Source of the DNA: Escherichia phage vB_EcoM_ULIM9
Sequence record: OQ850288
Strand: one strand, 5' to 3'
DNA: 64,000 nucleotides
Positions 1 to 8,238 of the stretch are shown one piece after another (within the stretch, counting starts at the first letter, position 1; the number at the start of each line of letters is the position of its first letter). Under the pieces are notes generated by a model. That model had not been told where the DNA came from and did no database searches. It saw nothing but the letters and a program-made list of their open reading frames with translations. Made by a program: the position numbers and the translations under genes.

Positions 1-3
1 CAT

Positions 4-92
4 TTTCAGAATCTCCAGTTTAGGACTTTATTTAGTGGGGAAGGTCATTCCCTCCCCGTTGATGTGTAATTTAATCTATCTAAAAACCAGTG
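4..92 (-). repeat. intergenic cassette copy F (GC hairpin plus RBS-proximal motif), upstream of a minus-strand gene starting at position 3
   Basis: cat at 1-3 followed by tttcagaatctccagtttagg, matching the cattttagaatctcctagtttaagg motif of the other cassettes; GGGGAAGG..CCCTCCCC imperfect hairpin. Confidence 0.45.
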
Positions 93-425
93 TCAACAGT
101 TTTGTTTTCGTTTGCTCAATTCTTGAACAATTACAACGTAGTAGTCTTTTAAGTCACTGACATTTAAAGCATTTATCAGAGAATTATAATCATCAACTAA
201 CTGAAAATTATCTTTGAAGATGTCACTTATCTGATAGGTTTTCGCTTTATATCTGAAGCTCATCTCTAGCCGCTTTATTTGCTCATCACTTAAACGCCCT
301 AGAAAGCTTTCTACAAGGCTATTGCTAACCTGCTGGGTGGTTGCCTTATTTGCTAGATTATAGGCTTTATATGCCTTATATAGAGCGAAAATGGCAATGA
401 TTGCAGTGATACCAGTCATTAACAT
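93..425 (-). CDS. hypothetical small membrane protein
   Basis: 110-aa ORF with hydrophobic N-terminus (ITAIIAIFALY); overlaps the 3' end of ORF 419..715 by 7 nt. Confidence 0.4.
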   Translation of the reverse strand: MLMTGITAIIAIFALYKAYKAYNLANKATTQQVSNSLVESFLGRLSDEQIKRLEMSFRYKAKTYQISDIFKDNFQLVDDYNSLINALNVSDLKDYYVVIVQELSKRKQNC

Positions 426-715
426 GGTGTTTCCTCTTTACGTGATACTTTGCCATTTACAGTTATCTCATAGGATTCTAATAAATCGCTTTTAGATTTT
501 ACAGGACTTTTAAAAGTATCATCATAAATATTGACTTGCAATACAGGTTTTTTATACTCCCTGCAACTGTTCCATAAGCAAATCACTACACGACGGCCTT
601 TGATTTTTCCGTGTAACCATTCCATAACATCATGACTATTCCTTGATGTTTCAATGAAATCAATTTTATTAAGTAACTTGCTTAAATTTTCACGGACTTT
701 ATTTGATAATTTCAT
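419..715 (-). CDS. hypothetical protein
   Basis: 98-aa ORF; AGGAGA RBS about 8 nt upstream of ATG inside cassette A. Confidence 0.45.
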   Translation of the reverse strand: MKLSNKVRENLSKLLNKIDFIETSRNSHDVMEWLHGKIKGRRVVICLWNSCREYKKPVLQVNIYDDTFKSPVKSKSDLLESYEITVNGKVSRKEETPC

Positions 716-807
716 TTTAGAATCTCCTAGTTTAAGGGCTTTATTTGATAAATCTCTTTATCTGGGGCTATCCTACCAGCTTGATAACCCCGTGTAAAGG
801 AATCTAT
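716..807 (-). repeat. intergenic cassette copy A
   Basis: ttagaatctcctagtttaagg...tctttatctggggct...cccc: same architecture as copies B-D. Confidence 0.5.
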
Positions 808-1320
808 TTAGTTCTTAAAGATATTCATCACTGAGTCTTTCAACGATTCCAAACGTTCTAATACTTCAGATTCTGCGTCTGCGTTGTTCACCTCTTCTTT
901 TAGTCTATCCTCTAAATCATCGCCGTCACTGTAGCACCAATCGAAAGCGTAACCAATATAAAAACTTTCTAAAACAGTGCTGCCATTTGCATCTACAACT
1001 TTCGCGGCAATGTTATATTCTGAAGCCTCTAAATCTCTTTCTAGTTCTTTCTGTAAGCTGATGTAAGCCTCTTTTGATGGATTTGCCCGGCCTTGTTTTG
1101 CATAGTCACTTGAAAGCTGTTTAAGGCTGTAATGTAAAGGGATTGCATATTTAAATTCATTACGCTGATAGTTAGGATTTTTAATCGTCACACCGCCTTG
1201 ATGGTCATCTGTAAATTTCCAATTATCAAGATTATGGCTTGCTTCAAAGCAATTAATAGCTTCATAAATAATGGTGAATTTTTCTTTTACAACTTCAAAG
1301 GTAGCGTCTACAGTTTTCAT
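808..1320 (-). CDS. hypothetical protein
   Basis: 170-aa ORF, acidic C-terminal half; preceded by cassette B with AGGAGA RBS. Confidence 0.5.
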   Translation of the reverse strand: MKTVDATFEVVKEKFTIIYEAINCFEASHNLDNWKFTDDHQGGVTIKNPNYQRNEFKYAIPLHYSLKQLSSDYAKQGRANPSKEAYISLQKELERDLEASEYNIAAKVVDANGSTVLESFYIGYAFDWCYSDGDDLEDRLKEEVNNADAESEVLERLESLKDSVMNIFKN

Positions 1321-1414
1321 TTTTGAATCTCCTAGTTTAAGGATTGAGTGGTAAAGCTCTTTATCTGGGGCTTAAGATATCAGCTTTTAAGCCCCATGTA
1401 AAGTACTTTATCAG
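1321..1414 (-). repeat. intergenic cassette copy B: palindrome TAAAGCTCTTTA (1352-1363), hairpin GGGGCTTAA..TTAAGCCCC (1367-1395), palindrome TAAAGTACTTTA (1399-1410)
   Basis: read directly; the perfect 12-bp palindrome abuts the stop of the preceding minus-strand gene. Confidence 0.6.
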
Positions 1415-1668
1415 ATTAAATTGCCAGTTAATGATAAGTGCATTTTATAGCCTTTTTTGGTAAACACGTTCACTTTACCGAGTGATTTTACACCTTTAAA
1501 AAGATTGTTTGAACTGCGTTTTAAGATTAGTTGTTTATCAGCCTTCACGCCCCATCTTACAGCAGATTGTTTTCCGTTGTCAACAACTTTTCCGCCTAAC
1601 TTTTTCGCCATGATGCGAGCGTCATCGCGAGTTTTTGCAGTAATTACAACGTTTTTGATAATAGCCAT
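1411..1668 (-). CDS. hypothetical small basic protein
   Basis: 85-aa ORF, Lys/Arg-rich; cassette upstream. Confidence 0.45.
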   Translation of the reverse strand: MAIIKNVVITAKTRDDARIMAKKLGGKVVDNGKQSAVRWGVKADKQLILKRSSNNLFKGVKSLGKVNVFTKKGYKMHLSLTGNLI

Positions 1669-1756
1669 TTTAGAATCTCCAATTTAGGATTGAGTGGTAA
1701 AGCTCTTTATCTGGGGCTTACTTTATCGAACTATAAGCCCCTTGTAAAGTACTTTA
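1669..1756 (-). repeat. intergenic cassette copy C: hairpin GGGGCTTA..TAAGCCCC (1713-1741), palindrome TAAAGTACTTTA (1745-1756)
   Basis: read directly; near-identical to copy B. Confidence 0.6.
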
Positions 1757-2137
1757 TCAGTTAATTTTGAAAATTGTCACATAACCATCACTACCGATTA
1801 TTTGAGACGCTCCAGCTTTCTCCACTGAATAGCCCATATTTTCAAGATGGTAAACAGCATCATCATAACCATATGCGCCACCTTGATAACGTCTCTTATC
1901 GCATCTTATCAGGTTTTTACCACGTCCAGCAAGCGCATTCAGTACGGCTTTTTCACTTGAAAGCGCACCATCTAACATGGTTGCCGTGTAATGGTTGATT
2001 CTGTTCCCGTTAATGTCATACTTAAAATTGAATGCGTGAACAACAATAATCTGACCTGTAAAATTCTCATCAAGTGATTTTTCCAGTGCGTTGCGGAAGT
2101 TGTCTTTATTGATGAATTTAGGTGCACGATATGCCAT
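1757..2137 (-). CDS. hypothetical protein
   Basis: 126-aa ORF; cassette D upstream with RBS. Confidence 0.5.
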   Translation of the reverse strand: MAYRAPKFINKDNFRNALEKSLDENFTGQIIVVHAFNFKYDINGNRINHYTATMLDGALSSEKAVLNALAGRGKNLIRCDKRRYQGGAYGYDDAVYHLENMGYSVEKAGASQIIGSDGYVTIFKIN

Positions 2138-2225
2138 TTTTGAATCTCCTAGTTTAAGGTTGTTGATAAAGCTCTTTATCTGGGGCTTAAGATATCAACT
2201 TTTAAACCCCTTGTAAAGTACTTTA
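2138..2225 (-). repeat. intergenic cassette copy D
   Basis: ttttgaatctcctagtttaagg...taaagctctttatctggggcttaagatatcaacttttaaacccc ttgtaaagtactttat. Confidence 0.55.
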
Positions 2226-2432
2226 TTAGATATCGTAGTAATAAACTGCTGTCTGTCTCGTAAATTTTTTAGTATTCCTTGTAAGATAACAATCAGAGTT
2301 GATTGCCGTTTCTACATAGTTGCAATAATCAGCTTCTGATATTCTAGACCATACGCCACAAATTTGCATGTAAAAACGTTTTACATTTGTGTTAACGTTA
2401 GTTGTAACCATCAATTCACGACCGTATAGCAT
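2226..2432 (-). CDS. hypothetical small protein
   Basis: 68-aa ORF; RBS-proximal cassette motif (tagattctcctagtttaagg) upstream. Confidence 0.4.
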   Translation of the reverse strand: MLYGRELMVTTNVNTNVKRFYMQICGVWSRISEADYCNYVETAINSDCYLTRNTKKFTRQTAVYYYDI

Positions 2433-2470
2433 TTTTAGATTCTCCTAGTTTAAGGCTATTGGGCTTGTCG

Positions 2471-2942
2471 CCCCGTCTGATGCAAATACTATAAAAACCC
2501 GTTCGAGGAGTCAATAAAAATTTTAAAAATATTTTTGGCAAAAATGTAATGAAACGGGCGCACGCGACTACCACAAAACAGAACTACAATCAAGAATTAT
2601 TTTTCAATCCGCTACAAATTTTTCTGTTGACTTCTCTTTTCAGATGTGGTAGCCTTGTGAGAAATGGCGACATCCCCACCTACACCCACCTACCTGCACA
2701 ATTCTAAAATGATTTTTCTTGCCCGACCTGAGCGGGGTCTGCACGTTTTGAAAATGAAAAAGCTCTTTGGAGATTACCTGCACAGTTTGAAAATGAATTT
2801 TCTCTTTGGAGTTCAAAATTCTCTCTACAGATTTCTGTCCAGAACACTACCTGCACAATCCTGAAATAAAAAAGCCCTCCTTACCTGAAAAATTTACCAG
2901 ATAAGAAAGGCTTAGTCTATTGTGAATATTCTACAGAGTTTC
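2471..2942. repeat. about 470-bp non-coding region with four iteron-like direct repeats (consensus TACCTGCACA-N-TGAAAATGA) at about 2690, 2738, 2777 and 2850
   Basis: direct reading; the only track ORF here (2664..2864, plus strand) is low-complexity and built from the repeats. Confidence 0.5.
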
Positions 2943-3728
2943 TTAGTTCTTTGCGTCTAAGAAGGTAACTCCCGGTGAAGAGAAAATTTCCTCAACATCC
3001 TCATCAGTTCTTGCATAGATATACGTATCTGCATCACTGCCAAATGTTACTGCAATCTTGTGATTGCTCTTCGACAGGTGGGTAACTAGAGCGTTACTTA
3101 GAGACATCTTTTCAACCGGAGGGTTACTTTGATGTATCTTGCCTTTTCTTCGTCTGAAGAGGGTAACTGCATCATTAGTGAATACTACTACACCTGAAAA
3201 GTATTCTGGTTCACAGTAGTTCTTCCAACCTGAGCGTAACTTGTGGTACATCTCTCCTTCATAGACATACAGATACACATCTACACTCTTCATCACCTGA
3301 TTAATGATGACTGTGACGGCTTGAGAGTCTAGTCCACCGATACCTGCACCAATCATAGGTAACCCAACTTTCTTCAACTGATTGACTTCACAGTATCTGT
3401 TAAGCTGTTTCAAAGATGACTCTAAAGCACTGTATCGGGCATCTTTACCAGTCTTAAGCTGAGTGTAAAGGTTAGCTATACGGCCTTGTTCTAAACGTGC
3501 TACAGAGAAATTGCCTAGTAAATTTTCACAGGGTTTGTGGCCTATACCACCTGCATACAGATAGACTTCTGTATCAGTCTCATATGCTTTTGGGTAAAGT
3601 TTAGAAATCTTGTCAGCGATACCTGCACCCATTAAATTCATACAGTTGCAACCGTGACCAATGATATCAAACTTACCTTTATCAAATGCGGAGAAGATGT
3701 CCCCATTGATGATTTTTACAATACCCAT
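2943..3728 (-). CDS. macro-domain protein (OARD1/TARG1-like ADP-ribose processing) with an extra C-terminal domain
   Basis: N-terminal NGDIF...DIIGHGCNCMNLMGAGIA and later GLPMIGAGIGGLD match the CxxxC-MGAGIA and glycine-rich loops of Poa1p/OARD1-type macro domains, as recalled. Confidence 0.6.
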   Translation of the reverse strand: MGIVKIINGDIFSAFDKGKFDIIGHGCNCMNLMGAGIADKISKLYPKAYETDTEVYLYAGGIGHKPCENLLGNFSVARLEQGRIANLYTQLKTGKDARYSALESSLKQLNRYCEVNQLKKVGLPMIGAGIGGLDSQAVTVIINQVMKSVDVYLYVYEGEMYHKLRSGWKNYCEPEYFSGVVVFTNDAVTLFRRRKGKIHQSNPPVEKMSLSNALVTHLSKSNHKIAVTFGSDADTYIYARTDEDVEEIFSSPGVTFLDAKN

Positions 3729-3929
3729 TTAGCATCTCTCCCAAGATTCTTTATCTTCTGAAGGTTTTACACGTTGCCCTTCGTGGTCTACCCAGATACA
3801 TCCACAACCTTCACAGATTACTGGCATTGCATAGCCAGCTTTAAAGTCATCTTCAGTGATAAGACCTTTTAAGTCACCTGTATCACGTCCGAACATTTCG
3901 ATAGAGCAGTCTTTGCAGAAGTCAGCCAT
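3729..3929 (-). CDS. small zinc-ribbon protein
   Basis: 66 aa with CxxC (CKDC) and CEGCGC motifs; stop abuts the start of the macro-domain gene. Confidence 0.45.
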   Translation of the reverse strand: MADFCKDCSIEMFGRDTGDLKGLITEDDFKAGYAMPVICEGCGCIWVDHEGQRVKPSEDKESWERC

Positions 3930-4155
3930 GAATAATTACCTCTTGAGTGATGATACCTTTACCACAACGACTTTTAAAATCTTCTAATGGTTCAGAGAAG
4001 AAGTCACGGAAATGGTTACTGAACTCACGTTTCATCACCTTCTTGTAAGTTAACACATCTTCTCCTGCAAACGGGACGACTTCATGTCTCCCTTTGAATA
4101 CTGCTGAACTTACAATCTTACGTGTCTTTTTATCTCTGGCTAGTATTACTTTCAT
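3922..4155 (-). CDS. hypothetical protein
   Basis: 77-aa ORF, tightly packed with neighbours. Confidence 0.4.
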   Translation of the reverse strand: MKVILARDKKTRKIVSSAVFKGRHEVVPFAGEDVLTYKKVMKREFSNHFRDFFSEPLEDFKSRCGKGIITQEVIIHG

Positions 4156-4462
4156 AGTTTACCTTCTCAGTTAGCTCATACAAGTCAACATGCTCAATAC
4201 TATCAATGTTGATACCAATCTTTTTGAAGCGTTCTATCACTTCGTTGTCAGTCATCCATATCAGACACCAATGATTGTGGATGGATTCTTCAAGAAGGTC
4301 AACACAATCTTTAAAAGTTTTTGTATCACTTCTTGTTCCGACTACTGCGATTGTCCCATACAACCACTTACCATTACCATAAGATACCTGTGCTACACCA
4401 ACTTCTTTATCTTTCTCGTAGTAAACGGCTACAAAGTCTCTTCCATTAATCTGCATAGTCAC
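4130..4462 (-). CDS. hypothetical protein
   Basis: 110-aa ORF. Confidence 0.4.
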   Translation of the reverse strand: MTMQINGRDFVAVYYEKDKEVGVAQVSYGNGKWLYGTIAVVGTRSDTKTFKDCVDLLEESIHNHWCLIWMTDNEVIERFKKIGINIDSIEHVDLYELTEKVNYESNTSQR

Positions 4463-4728
4463 TTCCTCGTTTTAAGAACTGCTAAGATTTCTTTAGAGTC
4501 TGGTAAGAACCATGTGTAGTGATTCTCTTTGATTTCTGGATGAGTGTCAACCTTTATTTTGCACTCTTTACCAACATGCTTAAGTTGTGCTGTGACACCT
4601 TGCATAAAGATATGGCACATCACGTTATCCATAATGGTTGGTGAAAAATCAACCCGCATATAAGTTTCTTTTGGTCGTGGTAGCAGTAAGTACCCTTCTA
4701 CATAGAAAGTATCTTCATTCTCTGTCAT
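4459..4728 (-). CDS. hypothetical protein
   Basis: 89-aa ORF; 4-nt overlap with upstream gene. Confidence 0.4.
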   Translation of the reverse strand: MTENEDTFYVEGYLLLPRPKETYMRVDFSPTIMDNVMCHIFMQGVTAQLKHVGKECKIKVDTHPEIKENHYTWFLPDSKEILAVLKTRK

Positions 4729-4994
4729 TGCTGTCTGTTTCCTAATAAAATCATATCAATAAGGTTATTAGCTTTGATTGTGCACTGGTAAAAACCATCA
4801 CGATAAAACTCAAGGGCTGCTGCCACATCACTACCAGTATTACCTTTGACAGTGAATCTTGACTCTTCTTGAGTGTACTTGTCACTCTCACTTACTTGGG
4901 AGTTTTTGAATGTACTGTTCACTTTGTTCGTTGAACACCCTGACATAATTATCAGTAACACAAACATTATAAAACTCTGGCTTAGTTTTTTCAT
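4725..4994 (-). CDS. lipoprotein, putative o-spanin (Rz1-like)
   Basis: signal peptide with lipobox-like IMSGC; the gene starts inside the 3' end of the TM/coiled-coil gene 4888..5235 in another frame. Confidence 0.35.
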   Translation of the reverse strand: MKKLSQSFIMFVLLIIMSGCSTNKVNSTFKNSQVSESDKYTQEESRFTVKGNTGSDVAAALEFYRDGFYQCTIKANNLIDMILLGNRQQ

Positions 4995-5235
4995 ATGTTA
5001 GTACCTCTTTTGTATGCTTATTCTTAGCAAGCACATCTTTCAAATCATTTTTGTAATTGGTGCTGAGTGTGGCTAAACCTTCCTGATAAGCATCTTTGGC
5101 AACACTTATTAATTTCTCATTATTTAGCTCAGCTTCAGCAACTTGGTAGTCTCTGTAAGAGTATCCTCCCCAGACACCTGCTCCAACTAAGAAAACAATT
5201 ATGAAAGTAGCTTGGCAGAACTCTTTAAATGTCAT
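4888..5235 (-). CDS. membrane-anchored protein, putative i-spanin (Rz-like)
   Basis: N-terminal TM helix (FIIVFLVGAGVWGG) followed by a charged helical region; overlapped by the lipoprotein gene. Confidence 0.35.
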   Translation of the reverse strand: MTFKEFCQATFIIVFLVGAGVWGGYSYRDYQVAEAELNNEKLISVAKDAYQEGLATLSTNYKNDLKDVLAKNKHTKEVLTYEKTKPEFYNVCVTDNYVRVFNEQSEQYIQKLPSK

Positions 5236-5254
5236 TTAACAATCTCCTGAAATG

Positions 5255-5275
5255 AAAAAGGCTCCCGAAGGAGCC
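5255..5275 (-). terminator. intrinsic terminator (UUCG tetraloop hairpin plus U-run on the minus strand)
   Basis: plus-strand aaaaaGGCTCCcgaaGGAGCC just 3' of the stop of gene 5288..5752. Confidence 0.6.
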
Positions 5276-5287
5276 TGTATCTTAACC

Positions 5288-5752
5288 TTAACTGAGGACT
5301 TTAGCAAGGATATTCGCAGCCATCGAAGAAGCTTTTGCAGCAGCAACTACGCCAGCTTTGACAGTGCCATCCTTAATAGCAGATACCGTTGCAGCATCAG
5401 TAAAGAGGTAAGTGATTGTTTTAGAACCACTTGTAAAGGAAAGCATAAGAGTAGTTTCCAGATTGAAAGAGCGATACGGAGCACCTTCTTTAACGATACC
5501 TTCAGCACCTAACTCTGAAGCCTTACCCATATCATAAATAGTCATCAGGTTTTCTTTGTGTGCAGTCGTTGAACCAGCACCTTTTACGTGCTTTTTAACA
5601 TTCAACAATGCACGATATTCACGAATGCTGCCATCAGCTTTTACATTGACAGCACGAAAAATTTTACCTTCAAAGTTACCTTGAATCAATTTACGAACTA
5701 CTACAGATTTGTTTGTCGTATCGTCCAGTGCTACCGTAATGATATTGTTCAT
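5288..5752 (-). CDS. hypothetical protein
   Basis: 154-aa ORF, Ala/Gly/Thr-rich, terminator downstream. Confidence 0.45.
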   Translation of the reverse strand: MNNIITVALDDTTNKSVVVRKLIQGNFEGKIFRAVNVKADGSIREYRALLNVKKHVKGAGSTTAHKENLMTIYDMGKASELGAEGIVKEGAPYRSFNLETTLMLSFTSGSKTITYLFTDAATVSAIKDGTVKAGVVAAAKASSMAANILAKVLS

Positions 5753-5762
5753 AAGTTTTCTC

Positions 5763-6458
5763 TCAATGTTTAACTAACATGGTTTTAATGTGTGGAAGGA
5801 TTCTGTTTACCTTCTGAACATTCTTCTCTGTATCTTCTATAAAGCATACTATATTAAAGTAAGGAAGAATGCAAGACTGAATCATCCTAACTTTTAAACT
5901 TTCTGCACTTATAGAGTTAGTTCCAAAACCACGCATGAAAAGCATGTAATCATGCTCTATGTAATGCCTTAAAAACATCTCAGTAGGTACTCTCTGAGAT
6001 TCACCCCTCGCTGTCAAGAGTCCAATAGTAGCATGATTAGAGATTGCGTCAATAATATTGAAAACATACGTTGGTTTTGCACTTACAGAGTCAAGCAAAT
6101 TAGTGTACTGTGAAAATGACCCATCAATCAATTCTGTTGAGTAATCTTCGTGATTAAAATTTGTAAGAACACCATCAATGTCTGCTAAGATAAGGTTACC
6201 TTTTTCTACAAGGTCTTTATTGACTATGACTAAACTGTCACGTCTTACACCTATAGACTGTCCAGTCTCTTTGTCCACAACGTTCACAATTGTTTCTGAC
6301 GTGTGGAACTCTTCAAGTGAACATACAACTTCTCTTGCAGTATCTTCAAAATCCCTGCACTGCTCTGTAGTCCATACACAGGAATCAAGACCTAACTCAT
6401 GAGGGTGCAAGTCGTAAGCATGGCACAGGACTTCATCAGACTTTCTTAATTTTTTCAT
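5763..6458 (-). CDS. HAD-superfamily hydrolase (putative nucleotidase/phosphatase)
   Basis: motif I LILADIDGVLTN (DxDGV), LLTARG (motif II-like) and FIEDTEKN (motif IV-like). Confidence 0.45.
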   Translation of the reverse strand: MKKLRKSDEVLCHAYDLHPHELGLDSCVWTTEQCRDFEDTAREVVCSLEEFHTSETIVNVVDKETGQSIGVRRDSLVIVNKDLVEKGNLILADIDGVLTNFNHEDYSTELIDGSFSQYTNLLDSVSAKPTYVFNIIDAISNHATIGLLTARGESQRVPTEMFLRHYIEHDYMLFMRGFGTNSISAESLKVRMIQSCILPYFNIVCFIEDTEKNVQKVNRILPHIKTMLVKH

Positions 6459-6984
6459 GATTTACCTTAGAAATGTTTGTTGCAAATTCACATTGGGCAA
6501 TAACTTTCATATTGTTATAGACATCTTGAGAGTATTTCTTAGCTTTAGGAATTTTGTACGAATACCCAGCATTATATGATGCTAAAACTTTTTGTAAAGT
6601 CTTCTTTGACTTCGGTTGACCATGTACCTTCGTCCAAAACTCAAGCTCTTTGTGTGTTTCCTTTGCAGCATAGTCAAAGTCTTTTAAGAGTTTCTTTTTA
6701 GCTACATTAGGACTGATTTTGTTACGCTTTACAACAGTCTTCAAGTGATTCTGGAAGATACCATAGTCATGGGTCTTTTTATTCTCTACCTTCAGACCTA
6801 ACTCTGACTCTTGTAAGGCTATAGCAGCTAGAGTGATACCCCAACCTTTACCCATATTATTCTCACCATACTGGTAAGCTTTTAACATGTTTACTTTTTG
6901 GCTAATTGATAGCTCTGGGCAGTCAACTGCATAAGATAAGTGTGCTGTAAACATTAAGCACAAACCTAGAATCAATTTCTTCAT
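6436..6984 (-). CDS. secreted lytic transglycosylase (SLT-domain)
   Basis: N-terminal signal peptide MKKLILGLCLMFTAHLSYA; ALQESELG...DYGIFQ resembles the SLT catalytic Glu-Ser and GLMQ-type motifs. Confidence 0.5.
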   Translation of the reverse strand: MKKLILGLCLMFTAHLSYAVDCPELSISQKVNMLKAYQYGENNMGKGWGITLAAIALQESELGLKVENKKTHDYGIFQNHLKTVVKRNKISPNVAKKKLLKDFDYAAKETHKELEFWTKVHGQPKSKKTLQKVLASYNAGYSYKIPKAKKYSQDVYNNMKVIAQCEFATNISKVNHEKIKKV

Positions 6985-7043
6985 TGGTTCTCCTGTTTAG
7001 TTTATCGTGACAACAATTATACAGCACTCTGCACAAAATACAA

Positions 7044-7069
7044 ATAAAAAAGGCCGCCGAAGCAGCCTT
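7044..7069 (-). terminator. intrinsic terminator (UUCG tetraloop)
   Basis: plus-strand aaaaaaGGCCGCcgaaGCAGCCtt; on the minus strand an 8-bp stem with one G-U pair, followed by a U-run. Confidence 0.55.
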
Positions 7070-7084
7070 TTAAGAAATTACTTA

Positions 7085-8194
7085 TTAGATTTCACGTTTA
7101 CGCTGAGAGATAAGTTCACCAGCAGTACCAACGATGACATGCAAAGCTTCAGTCTTGCCATCCCATGCTTTCAGTACTTTACGTTGATTATCAACGATTG
7201 CTGCAACTTCATAACGAGACGAGCGCATCTTCATATCGTTGTAATCAGTTGGTACGGATACAACGTCTCGTGGATGGACACGAACCTTCAGAATTGTATC
7301 ACCTGAGAAGTAACGAACATAATCCCAAGCACCAACGTGAAGACCTTGAGAGCAAGTCACGTTACGGTTATTATCAACCATCCAACGTGGCATTTCTACA
7401 ATGTTACCCAAATCATTAGGTACTTTGCAGGTGCGGGAGTCAACCAGCTTGCCTTCACGAGTAGAGACTTTCTTCCAACCAATGATGTAGCCTTCTTCAT
7501 CAATTTCAACATCAAGGTGAGATATGAATCCCCAAAGTTGTTCTACAGAATCTTTAGATGGGTTTTCCATCAGTTTTTCGAAGAACATTACAAGTCGTTC
7601 AAAACCTTTATCACCAGTCTTCATCATGTGAAGTATACGGTCAACCAGAGTAGAACGCATCTCAACAGCACCGTAGAATAGCTTATCACCTTTGATTGTG
7701 ATAGCTCCCTGCGTGAAGTTTTCGATAGACTTACGAATGTTCATCAGTTCAAAGGCTTTCTTGAACTCACCTTTCACAACATGAACTACAATCTCTTGAT
7801 AGTTCGGATGAGTAGATTCAACAATTTCAGACTCTGAACCGTAAGTCATAATTACAGAGTCACCAGTAATCATATACTCAATCTTGTCATCTTTCTGCAT
7901 AGCTTCGTGCAGTTTATTTACTGGAGCTTTCTGTACAGCCTCTTTAACAACCTTTTTAACTGGCTTGTCAGCTTTCTTTTTAAAGGTCTTAGCAACTTGC
8001 TTCAAAGTCTTCGTAGCTGGTGTAGAAGTTACCTTCTTATTCCCTTTTAATGTTGCTTCATGACGCTCTACAGCACGACCGACTGAACGGGTTGAAGTAT
8101 TAAATTTCTGTGCAATAGCTGTTTTAGTCAGCTTACCTTCTTTAACCAGTTTGTAAATTTCTGCGTCAATCTGTGCTTTAGTTTTAGTAGTCAT
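7085..8194 (-). CDS. hypothetical protein with N-terminal helix-turn-helix
   Basis: 369 aa; N-terminal KLTKTAIAQKFNTSTRSVGRAV HTH-like segment. Confidence 0.45.
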   Translation of the reverse strand: MTTKTKAQIDAEIYKLVKEGKLTKTAIAQKFNTSTRSVGRAVERHEATLKGNKKVTSTPATKTLKQVAKTFKKKADKPVKKVVKEAVQKAPVNKLHEAMQKDDKIEYMITGDSVIMTYGSESEIVESTHPNYQEIVVHVVKGEFKKAFELMNIRKSIENFTQGAITIKGDKLFYGAVEMRSTLVDRILHMMKTGDKGFERLVMFFEKLMENPSKDSVEQLWGFISHLDVEIDEEGYIIGWKKVSTREGKLVDSRTCKVPNDLGNIVEMPRWMVDNNRNVTCSQGLHVGAWDYVRYFSGDTILKVRVHPRDVVSVPTDYNDMKMRSSRYEVAAIVDNQRKVLKAWDGKTEALHVIVGTAGELISQRKREI

Positions 8195-8238
8195 CTTATT
8201 ACTCTCTCTTGTTAGTTAATAAATCATTTTGTGAGGAT

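Noticed and set aside
2664-2864. 66-aa plus-strand ORF in the non-coding repeat region
   Set aside because: The reading frame is generated by the direct repeats themselves (repeated LFG and KMNF/KMKK peptides) and there is no RBS; treated as non-coding repeat DNA.
2433-2942. tRNA gene in the largest intergenic gap
   Set aside because: The only TTCGA-containing segment (cccgttcgaggagtc) lacks complementary T-stem arms and an acceptor stem; no tRNA is supported.
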